64,000 bases of DNA. Origin: a virus. Each line of letters begins with the position of its first letter. Within the stretch, counting starts at the first letter, position 1. The notes beneath the pieces are model-generated. The model searched no databases and was not told the origin of the DNA. It worked only from the letters and a program-made list of their open reading frames with translations. A program made the translations under genes and the position numbers. The DNA is taken from positions 1 to 64,000 of IMG/VR virus record IMGVR_UViG_3300022204_000004. One strand, written 5' to 3'. Shown in pieces: positions 26,922-34,157 of the stretch.

Positions 26922-27191
26922 TTAGTGAACGACTTTAGTGACATGCAATAAGTTCATCAAATTATCCAATCCACTTCTTGATAAATAAGGATAATTTTTA
27001 GGGTCTTTATGTGGCATTTTAACCATTGCTTCATAAGGAAAAGCAAAGGTTGATTCTGCCATCATTCCTGTGGAAACCCTTATGGATATGCCATTTTCAA
27101 ATGTGAAATCAGCATACTCGTTGAGCTCTGTATAATTCTCTCCAAATTCTGTTGTATATCTTTTGAATGTAAGTCTTTGGAAAAAATTCAT
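26922..27191 (-). CDS. Hypothetical protein
   Basis: Start MNFFQ lies 1 nt after the Ubl stop. Confidence 0.6.
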   Translation of the reverse strand: MNFFQRLTFKRYTTEFGENYTELNEYADFTFENGISIRVSTGMMAESTFAFPYEAMVKMPHKDPKNYPYLSRSGLDNLMNLLHVTKVVH

Positions 27192-27192
27192 A

Positions 27193-27402
27193 TTAGCCTT
27201 TTGTTCCAAGGTTCTTACTAAACTCATATACAGCTTTATCATTCTCAATCTTTGGACCTGTTACAGATGCATTCAACAGTTCCGGATGTTGATTGGAATA
27301 GATTTCCATAATTGCTTCAGGAGATAATGACGGATCTATATCCAACAAAACTTCCTTGTTGTACTTGAACTCTCTAACGAGTTGTTTAGATGTTACTGCC
27401 AT
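27193..27402 (-). CDS. PRTRC system protein C (ubiquitin-like, C-terminal Gly)
   Basis: LVREFKYN...LLDIDPSLSPE...YSNQHPELLNASVTGP...YEF...GTKG*. Confidence 0.9.
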   Translation of the reverse strand: MAVTSKQLVREFKYNKEVLLDIDPSLSPEAIMEIYSNQHPELLNASVTGPKIENDKAVYEFSKNLGTKG

Positions 27403-27404
27403 AT

Positions 27405-28478
27405 TTAAGATTGTTTAACTCCGTTTTGTAATATATGATTTTCTAAGAACTTAAGACTTTCCTCATTCTGTTCATCTGCAATAGAATCAGGATTGAAACC
27501 GTACTCAACAGCAAGTTTCTTTAGGTCAGCAACACGTTCTGCCATAGTTTTAACCTTTGGTGGTTCTGGCATCGCTACAGGTGTAGGCACTGCAACCGGT
27601 GTTGGAGGAACAAATGCGGGAGCAAGTTCCTTCTCTTCACTGAAACTAATGTCATTCCCTAAGTCTTTGAACTCACTGAATGACATTGTTGGTTTTGGTG
27701 CTTGTGGCTCTATAAACTTCGGTTCTACGGGCTGTAACGAACCATTGCTCTTGTTTATATTTGTTTTCAAATCTTGAAAGCCACGTTCAAATTCTGCCAT
27801 TGTTGCTTTCTCTACATAAGCTATCGAAAGTCCAATACCACCTCTTACATATTGTTTCTCTTCTTCTTTTTTAATAAAACCAAGAGCTATAAGCCTTGCT
27901 TCTCTTTCCAAAAAGAGTTTAGATGGTTCCATTGCTTGTTCCTTTTGTTCAACTTCCATAGCTTCAACATCTTCTTTAGGAACAATAACTTCAGTAGCTG
28001 TAAGGGTTGCCGATGTTGTAGACATTCCTTGCACTGGAGCACCACGCTCAGGAACAGTTGCAAACATATCCAATGTTTCAGGTTCTTTAGGTTTTACAGG
28101 TTCTTTAGGTATATCAACTTTAATTTCAGTCTGTTTGGACGTAGTTGTTTTAGCCTCTGTTTTACCTTTAGCCTTTGACTTTGGCTTGGCCGCTGCTTCA
28201 CTAGAAGCTTTTTCTGCTCTTTTCAACGATTCCTCAACAAAGGCTATACGCTCAATAGGAGACAAGCTTCTACTGACCAGCTGTGTAATGGTCGTTAAAA
28301 ATTCAGCATCAATCTCTTCAGGTTTCCCTGAAATACGAATAGGAGCTATGTTCAAGCTTTTGTCGTCTTTATCTTTTACGATAAAGAAAACAATCACTTC
28401 CATAAGTCCATCGTCTTTGGTCTCAATGACCAACTGAACTTTTGCCTTTTTGGCAATAGGATTTAATTCGTTTAACAT
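27405..28478 (-). CDS. PRTRC system protein E with long C-terminal extension
   Basis: N-terminal PIRISGKPEEIDAEF signature, then K/P-rich linker; directly upstream of protein C. Confidence 0.8.
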   Translation of the reverse strand: MLNELNPIAKKAKVQLVIETKDDGLMEVIVFFIVKDKDDKSLNIAPIRISGKPEEIDAEFLTTITQLVSRSLSPIERIAFVEESLKRAEKASSEAAAKPKSKAKGKTEAKTTTSKQTEIKVDIPKEPVKPKEPETLDMFATVPERGAPVQGMSTTSATLTATEVIVPKEDVEAMEVEQKEQAMEPSKLFLEREARLIALGFIKKEEEKQYVRGGIGLSIAYVEKATMAEFERGFQDLKTNINKSNGSLQPVEPKFIEPQAPKPTMSFSEFKDLGNDISFSEEKELAPAFVPPTPVAVPTPVAMPEPPKVKTMAERVADLKKLAVEYGFNPDSIADEQNEESLKFLENHILQNGVKQS

Positions 28479-28513
28479 TTTTCTGCTTTTTAAGGGTTAA
28501 TAATTAATTTAAT

Positions 28514-28744
28514 TTACCATCCCATTCTGGCTAACAAGCCATCAGGAACAGTTAATGCTACATCTATCAAAGTTGGTCTGTTGCCCAATCTATCTAATAG
28601 TTGATCGTAATAAGCAATCTCATTTTTGTGGTATTTAATAGTTTTAAATTTCCACCAATAAGTCTTGCTCAATCTCTCTTGGTGTTGTCGCCTATATTCT
28701 TTAAGCTTCAACATTGTAAAGTCTACTGACTGTTGTCCTTTCAT
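28514..28744 (-). CDS. Hypothetical protein
   Basis: ATGA overlap with the upstream gene. Confidence 0.6.
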   Translation of the reverse strand: MKGQQSVDFTMLKLKEYRRQHQERLSKTYWWKFKTIKYHKNEIAYYDQLLDRLGNRPTLIDVALTVPDGLLARMGW

Positions 28745-29322
28745 TCTTTTTTAGGTTTGTAGAAAAAGATTTTATCCGTATTTATTTCCATACGTTTTTC
28801 ATCTTCGTCAAATTCAACAATACTTGTATGCGGTCCTGTCTGTTTGATAATGGTTATTCTTTTTCTTTTGCCATTTCTAACAGTCATCGGAACACTGAAA
28901 TTACCTGTTTTCTTATATTGAAAATGGTACAATTTCTTTATGCTCCAAGTCTCAGCCCTTATACAATTTTTCTTATTATAGTAAGCAATATCGGCATATT
29001 CAATAGGAACGCCAATATATTCAGACAACTCTTTCAAAGCTTCTTCTTTGGTCATATGCTCTTGTAACCAAATCTTATTAAACTGTGATTGAGCCGCTCG
29101 TCTTTGAAGTAAAAGTTCTTCGTTAGCCAATCTGCCATGTGGTTGTGTAGAATTAGGCAAACTATGTGTAAACGAAAAACATTTTGGAAAGTTTTTACAT
29201 GCTACAAGAAAATCAACACCTACCAACTCGTAAGTTGTACCAGGCACTAATTTTGTAGAGCTCTTGCAGTATGGACATCTTTTACCTTCCAAAATTTCTT
29301 TGTGTAAGGCATTTATTTCCAT
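28741..29322 (-). CDS. DUF3268-like zinc-finger protein
   Basis: CPYC...CxxxxxC...PHGRLAN...FNKIW. Confidence 0.7.
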   Translation of the reverse strand: MEINALHKEILEGKRCPYCKSSTKLVPGTTYELVGVDFLVACKNFPKCFSFTHSLPNSTQPHGRLANEELLLQRRAAQSQFNKIWLQEHMTKEEALKELSEYIGVPIEYADIAYYNKKNCIRAETWSIKKLYHFQYKKTGNFSVPMTVRNGKRKRITIIKQTGPHTSIVEFDEDEKRMEINTDKIFFYKPKKE

Positions 29323-29324
29323 GA

Positions 29325-29747
29325 TTAAAGCAAATCGTAAAGTCTTTTTAGCTCTTCAAGACTATCTTCATGTGTCCAACCTTTGGCACCCAATAAGGTA
29401 AGCTGTTCAATGTAATAAGCTTTTTGATCCTCTTTGGATTCTTCTTCTTCACGTTTCTCTTTATTGTGAATCTGACCAAAAGCTTTTTTAATGAAGTCCT
29501 GACCTTGTTCCGGTGAGAGTTGTGTTATCTCTATTTTTGCACCAGAACCAAAAGGACTGTTCTCTAAAAACTTGATTTTCATCATAAGCTTAAGGTTGTC
29601 ATGATTGGCTTTCTCTAAAGTGTTTATCAATTCCTTATGTTGTTTAAGGAAAGGTTCTACCCTAAAGTAGTTCACAAGAAGAAATCCAACAATAGCACCT
29701 GTTATGAATATACCTATAAAGCCCAAAATTATGAATGTGGTTTCCAT
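29325..29747 (-). CDS. N-terminally membrane-anchored coiled-coil protein
   Basis: TM helix at aa 5-27. Confidence 0.6.
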   Translation of the reverse strand: METTFIILGFIGIFITGAIVGFLLVNYFRVEPFLKQHKELINTLEKANHDNLKLMMKIKFLENSPFGSGAKIEITQLSPEQGQDFIKKAFGQIHNKEKREEEESKEDQKAYYIEQLTLLGAKGWTHEDSLEELKRLYDLL

Positions 29748-29750
29748 TTG

Positions 29751-30248
29751 TTATAAAATTATTCCAAATTTAAGTCTTAAATACCAAACTGTGTGTGTAT
29801 CCTCACCCCATATTTTACTATCGGCTTTGTAATCAACACCTATTTTGGCTCCATAATACCATTTTTCATCTATATAATTCTCTATTCCAAAGTCATGACC
29901 AAACAATGCGTGTGGTCCACCATCACGAAGAATGAAGCCGGGTCTTAAAACCCCTAAATGTAATCTCCATCTATCCATATTGGTGTGATAATTGAAACCA
30001 AGAACGGTTCCTTGAAAATGTAAATAGTCTATATCATTCAATGCTGGAAACCAATAGACCTCAGCATTAAAATAGAGCAATGTCATTTGATACTCAATTT
30101 GAGTAGCAATATTGAACCCATAATCAAACTTATCGTTATGTGTGTTCTTGTCTGCAAGTTCAGTTCCAACTGAAAGAGTGAACCTTTTGTCCTGTGAATA
30201 TCCCCATAAAACCAATAGCATTAGAGGGATTGCTATTATTCGTTTCAT
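29751..30248 (-). CDS. Secreted outer-membrane beta-barrel-like protein
   Basis: Signal peptide MKRIIAIPLMLLVLWGYS-Q; about 8 alternating amphipathic strands; C-terminal WYLRLKFGIIL strand. Confidence 0.6.
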   Translation of the reverse strand: MKRIIAIPLMLLVLWGYSQDKRFTLSVGTELADKNTHNDKFDYGFNIATQIEYQMTLLYFNAEVYWFPALNDIDYLHFQGTVLGFNYHTNMDRWRLHLGVLRPGFILRDGGPHALFGHDFGIENYIDEKWYYGAKIGVDYKADSKIWGEDTHTVWYLRLKFGIIL

Positions 30249-30249
30249 T

Positions 30250-30396
30250 TTATCCTATGATTGTATGTATTTGTAATTCATTTAATCGAGAACAAAAATC
30301 AGGTTTTCTAGAGTGCCATCTCTTTCCATAAATATCAATGGCATGTTGCTTGATATTTATCTTTTCATTGATTGTTAACTGATGCCAGGTTCTCAT
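30250..30396 (-). CDS. Small hypothetical protein (48 aa)
   Basis: Read by hand: MRTWHQLTINEKINIKQHAIDIYGKRWHSRKPDFCSRLNELQIHTIIG*. Confidence 0.5.
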   Translation of the reverse strand: MRTWHQLTINEKINIKQHAIDIYGKRWHSRKPDFCSRLNELQIHTIIG

Positions 30397-30759
30397 TTAT
30401 AGCCTAAATATACGAATGATATCTTCAGCTAATGTACTGAGCTTGGCATAGTTGTTCTGACCACCTGTATAATCCTTATAACTACTTGCCGTTCTTACAA
30501 GTATTTGTTCAGGTGCTCTCATGTTCCATCGAACATCACTTAAGCTTATATAATAAGCCTGTTCCCCTACACTGAAAAAGCCACTTATGTAAAAGTGTCC
30601 TTTGTTCAGTTGCAAGGAATGATATCCATCTATTTTCAAAAGCTTTTTATGTATGGCTTTTTTAAAGTCCATATAAAACTTGTTGAACTCAGGTGTAGTA
30701 TGTCCTCCACTTCCGAAGTAATCCTCACCTTGTCTGATTTTTTCAATTAGATCTGTCAT
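30397..30759 (-). CDS. Conserved phage hypothetical protein
   Basis: HFYISGF...YYISLSDVR...LVRTA...KDYTGGQN motif string. Confidence 0.6.
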   Translation of the reverse strand: MTDLIEKIRQGEDYFGSGGHTTPEFNKFYMDFKKAIHKKLLKIDGYHSLQLNKGHFYISGFFSVGEQAYYISLSDVRWNMRAPEQILVRTASSYKDYTGGQNNYAKLSTLAEDIIRIFRL

Positions 30760-31186
30760 TTTGTTTTATTAATTCTATTAGTATTGTACTTATTGAATTC
30801 AAAGTGTTGTCCAAGATGTTCTGTTGCTCTGGCGATATGTCACCACTGCATTCATATATCGTTAAAAACTCTTTGAACAAACCCTCTACCACAATCTTTG
30901 TTCTGTGGTTAACTTTTTCGCTCAATCCAAGATACCTTAACTCATCTTTCACATAATCATCCCAAAATATTCTTTCGATTACTTCAAGACTTTCGTTAGA
31001 TTCATCAGTATTACCGTATTGAACATAGTAAGTTCCGTCATTACAGACATCAATGTAAAGTCCATTCACATAGGAATAAACCCTTCTATTGATATCTTCG
31101 TGTTCTGTGTTTATTCCCCATAACTGACAGTGCACAAACCAAGGCAACAATACCTTGCTTCGTTGAAATTCCTTAAATGTTACCAT
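30743..31186 (-). CDS. Hypothetical protein
   Basis: Operon packing. Confidence 0.6.
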   Translation of the reverse strand: MVTFKEFQRSKVLLPWFVHCQLWGINTEHEDINRRVYSYVNGLYIDVCNDGTYYVQYGNTDESNESLEVIERIFWDDYVKDELRYLGLSEKVNHRTKIVVEGLFKEFLTIYECSGDISPEQQNILDNTLNSISTILIELIKQNDRSN

Positions 31187-31452
31187 TATGCATCAACTTT
31201 TTGTAGCAATGATGGATGACAACTGTATCTCACATTCCTTTGTTTATCGAGTATGACAATGTTCTTTGGGTTTATTTTCACAACCTCATAAACTTTGTCA
31301 GCTCCCTCTCTTGTTACAAAAACCTGTGATCCAACACTAAGTTCCTGTACTGCATTTGCGCTCATGATTCTTAAAGCTTCTTTACGAACCAACGCAAGTT
31401 CGTTTGTTGTCAAATCATATAATGACTTGAATACTTCTTTTAAATTACTCAT
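31186..31452 (-). CDS. Small SH3/KOW-like beta-barrel protein
   Basis: LSVGSQVFV...EVVKINPKNIVI...YSCHPSLL. Confidence 0.5.
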   Translation of the reverse strand: MSNLKEVFKSLYDLTTNELALVRKEALRIMSANAVQELSVGSQVFVTREGADKVYEVVKINPKNIVILDKQRNVRYSCHPSLLQKVDA

Positions 31453-31459
31453 AGATTTA

Positions 31460-31597
31460 TTAATAAAAGGTTAAACATTCATCTTCATCATCATAATCAC
31501 CACTACATTGTGAGCATAATGATTCACTATCTTGTTGGCCACTATAATTGAGACCAATGAATTTTCCACAATTCATACATGTTATCGGTTCCGGCAT
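31460..31597 (-). CDS. Mini zinc-ribbon protein (45 aa)
   Basis: Read by hand: MPEPITCMNCGKF...LCSQCSGDYDDEDECLTFY*. Confidence 0.6.
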   Translation of the reverse strand: MPEPITCMNCGKFIGLNYSGQQDSESLCSQCSGDYDDEDECLTFY

Positions 31598-31914
31598 TAT
31601 TTCAAAGTATTAAGTTCTTCGTAAGATTCCCAATCAGATTGCTCCCAAGCATCTCTTGTCAGCCCTCTGCCTTTCTCAAATGATTTCAGCTTGATTTTCT
31701 CAATATGCTCATCATAAATCTTTGGTAGATCAATACCACGAGAAGCGGCCTCGGTCTCCAAATTTTGCAATTTGCCATATCTATGTGGCTCATTGTAGTT
31801 CACAACATGGATAGACGTATCTATCTTATGCCAAAGACCTATAGGAATAGCACTGTCAATGTGCCTTAATTCTTCATCACTATAGATCAGCTTCATTTTC
31901 TGTCCTTTGTTCAT
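31597..31914 (-). CDS. Hypothetical protein
   Basis: TAATG overlap with the next gene. Confidence 0.6.
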   Translation of the reverse strand: MNKGQKMKLIYSDEELRHIDSAIPIGLWHKIDTSIHVVNYNEPHRYGKLQNLETEAASRGIDLPKIYDEHIEKIKLKSFEKGRGLTRDAWEQSDWESYEELNTLK

Positions 31915-31928
31915 CTTTAATATTTTAA

Positions 31929-32252
31929 TTAATTAATCCCCTTTAATAGCTTACACCTCGGTACCTGTACAAAGCCTGACCTAACAATACCAAGAGGCGA
32001 TGATACAATACCAGCCTCCATAAGAGATGCCAATATTCCTCCATTCTCAGAATAGTCCTTGATGAAAACCTCATCAGACTCCAATTCCCTGTCAGGTAAA
32101 TTCACTGAAGCCATAGCAATAGGTTCTCCACCATCACTATCTACCAACTCCAATGCCTTCCTACCATTTACATATTGTTGTAACAACACATCACAGTTCC
32201 ACTCCCGAAACTTACATGTGCCTATCTTTTTGTTGAAAAAATCTCTTTCCAT
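31929..32252 (-). CDS. DUF4313-like protein
   Basis: YVNGRKALEL...GEPIAMASVNLP...FIKDYSENGG...SGFVQVP. Confidence 0.65.
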   Translation of the reverse strand: MERDFFNKKIGTCKFREWNCDVLLQQYVNGRKALELVDSDGGEPIAMASVNLPDRELESDEVFIKDYSENGGILASLMEAGIVSSPLGIVRSGFVQVPRCKLLKGIN

Positions 32253-32285
32253 TTGTTATAATTTATTTATCCTAAAAACCAATTA

Positions 32286-32648
32286 AAAGTGGCTCCCTAT
32301 AACCACTTTACAATAATGAGCATAAACGCTGATAAGCCACTCCAAGCCTATCCAAAGCATCTAACAACAACTATAAGCCTACCCGTTAGCAATCAAACAA
32401 GTCTAATTATTAACCAAATAATGAACAGATAAGCAGAGAATAGCAGCGTCTAGACAGTTCGCTTCGTGTGTCTTAGTGTGGCTTAATAGCTATAGAGATA
32501 TAATACTATATATACTCTCTTTAGCTTAAATCAGCGTTAAGCCCAGTGTTTATGAGGGTTTACAGCGATTTAACGGCTTGAAAAAGTGGTTCTGTGTGAC
32601 CACTTTCTATCCAATATTAGCCAAAAGTGGTCCGTAATAACCACTTTT
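32286..32648. repeat. Three palindromic sites AAAGTGG(T/C)-N8-ACCACTTT (putative RepL operators/iterons; candidate origin)
   Basis: 32286-32309, 32583-32606 and 32624-32647 have identical arms and spacing but different spacers. Confidence 0.8.
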
Positions 32649-32675
32649 TATGTTGTCTATATCAGTCTAATAATG

Positions 32676-32683
32676 TATATTTG
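32676..32683 (+). promoter_or_regulatory. -7 promoter element (TATATTTG) of the RepL-like gene
   Basis: TAnnTTTG 22 nt upstream of the ATG; lies inside the 12-mer TGTATATTTGAC, which is duplicated at 33113-33124. Confidence 0.75.
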
Positions 32684-32705
32684 ACTGTTCGCAAAACAAC
32701 ATATT

Positions 32706-33110
32706 ATGGCAAGTAACCTAGAGATCCATTCTCACATATCGACTTATCTTGAGAGCCAACGTACAGACATCCTAACGGATGACTTCGGTTACTCTACCTA
32801 CACGGCTCCCAATACAATGTTCCACATGCATAATGCAATGCCCGAGATCATGATAGCTATGCCTCCTCGCGTCCTCAAGGTTTGGCTTCGTAGTATCTCT
32901 CGTCTTAAACGAAACCACGACCCTGTTATTGCCTGTACCATTGTCATGGGCTACACGCACTACAAGGATATCGTGTCCAAAGGCTCCTACTACAAAGCCG
33001 TTAAACAGCTTGAAGAGGACAAGTTTCTGATACCTACCCTCAATAAAAAGATTTATATTGTTAATGTTAAGCATGTCAACAAACTTTATAAGCCTAAGTT
33101 TGAGATATAG
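32706..33110 (+). CDS. RepL-like winged-helix replication/regulatory protein
   Basis: VLKVWL...VSKGSYYKAVKQLEEDKFLIPT...IYIVN wHTH pattern of the RepL family; a lone counter-oriented gene with its own promoter. Confidence 0.65.
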   Translation: MASNLEIHSHISTYLESQRTDILTDDFGYSTYTAPNTMFHMHNAMPEIMIAMPPRVLKVWLRSISRLKRNHDPVIACTIVMGYTHYKDIVSKGSYYKAVKQLEEDKFLIPTLNKKIYIVNVKHVNKLYKPKFEI

Positions 33111-33114
33111 TTTG

Positions 33115-33122
33115 TATATTTG
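33115..33122 (+). promoter_or_regulatory. -7 promoter element (TATATTTG) for a small RNA
   Basis: TAnnTTTG 4 nt after the RepL stop; no + strand ORF follows. Confidence 0.7.
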
Positions 33123-33126
33123 ACAT

Positions 33127-33198
33127 GCATAATGATGGTGTTTTTGCGAACAACTTCATAACAGAGCCACTTAAACTTCCTGCTAAGTGGCTCTTGTC
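33127..33198 (+). ncRNA. Putative trans-encoded antisense sRNA against the RepL leader/AUG
   Basis: 33128-33152 is complementary to 32686-32708 (22 bp, 1 mismatch, 2 bulges); ends in the hairpin AGAGCCACTTA...TAAGTGGCTCT. Confidence 0.7.
33163..33194. terminator. 11-bp hairpin between convergent units
   Basis: AGAGCCACTTA / TAAGTGGCTCT; U-tracts are weak. Confidence 0.65.
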
Positions 33199-33200
33199 AT

Positions 33201-33731
33201 TTATCTTTGTTCTGACATTAGATTGGGATTAACTATTCTTAAGTTCTCAGAACAGTCTGCCAATTTCTTGACGTTCTTCACAAGCTCATAGCGTAGCCAT
33301 TCGCCTTTACTACGTGACTCAAACTTCCATCTGTCAAGCTTAACACCTAATGGGTGCATCATCTCCTCTTTCTTGCTGATGGCCTCATTGACCAGCTCTA
33401 GTCGATAATGCTCAGGGATATCACTGTTGCCAGTAGGCACAAAGTGCTTTAGCCTGAAAGGGTTCTCATGGATCTCTTGGCTCATGTTGTCGGAGCAATA
33501 GGTTGTTCCCACATACTCCTGACCAGGCAACAAGTGAGGTGTTGTACCTCGTCTGAGCCTACTGGCCAACTTGTTGCTGAGCTCCACAGTAGCCTGTGTC
33601 CATGGAGAGTTCGGAGGAAACTGAGTCCTCATACAATAGTAACCTGTCAATGGTTCCATACCATCAACCACTTCGTGTGTTGGGTTTGCTTTAACCAAGC
33701 AATACTCAATTCTAACTTCTTTTGCATTCAT
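33201..33731 (-). CDS. Early hypothetical protein
   Basis: Operon packing. Confidence 0.65.
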   Translation of the reverse strand: MNAKEVRIEYCLVKANPTHEVVDGMEPLTGYYCMRTQFPPNSPWTQATVELSNKLASRLRRGTTPHLLPGQEYVGTTYCSDNMSQEIHENPFRLKHFVPTGNSDIPEHYRLELVNEAISKKEEMMHPLGVKLDRWKFESRSKGEWLRYELVKNVKKLADCSENLRIVNPNLMSEQR

Positions 33732-33733
33732 AA

Positions 33734-34156
33734 TTAATTATTTGTTTTTGCTGCTCTTTGGCGTACCCAAGGAGCATAGATTAATGTATATCCAAGACCA
33801 GCAACAGTCAATGACGCTGCTATTGTTGGACCTAATTGTGCGGTAGCTATGAGAGAAGCACCAAAGATGATGACATCAACTGTCTTGTTCCCTTTGATGA
33901 TTATGTATCTCACATACTTGTTAGTCTCTGCCAATGCTACCAAGCCGGCTAGAGTTACTATTCCCACGAATAGATATGTGCCTATTGCAGCACCTATTCC
34001 TAGTCCTAGTACTGTCAGGCCACCAAACACAGCCGCCCCTACGGATAGAGGCAATGGCTGTATCTCTGGCACATCAATAGTCCACTTCTTCTTAGGAGGT
34101 GGATCAGTGATACTACCACCCTGTTCCCAAGGTGGTTTCTTCCAATTCAATCCCAT
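33734..34156 (-). CDS. Early multi-pass membrane protein
   Basis: 3-4 Gly/Ala-rich hydrophobic segments. Confidence 0.7.
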   Translation of the reverse strand: MGLNWKKPPWEQGGSITDPPPKKKWTIDVPEIQPLPLSVGAAVFGGLTVLGLGIGAAIGTYLFVGIVTLAGLVALAETNKYVRYIIIKGNKTVDVIIFGASLIATAQLGPTIAASLTVAGLGYTLIYAPWVRQRAAKTNN

Positions 34157-34157
34157 G

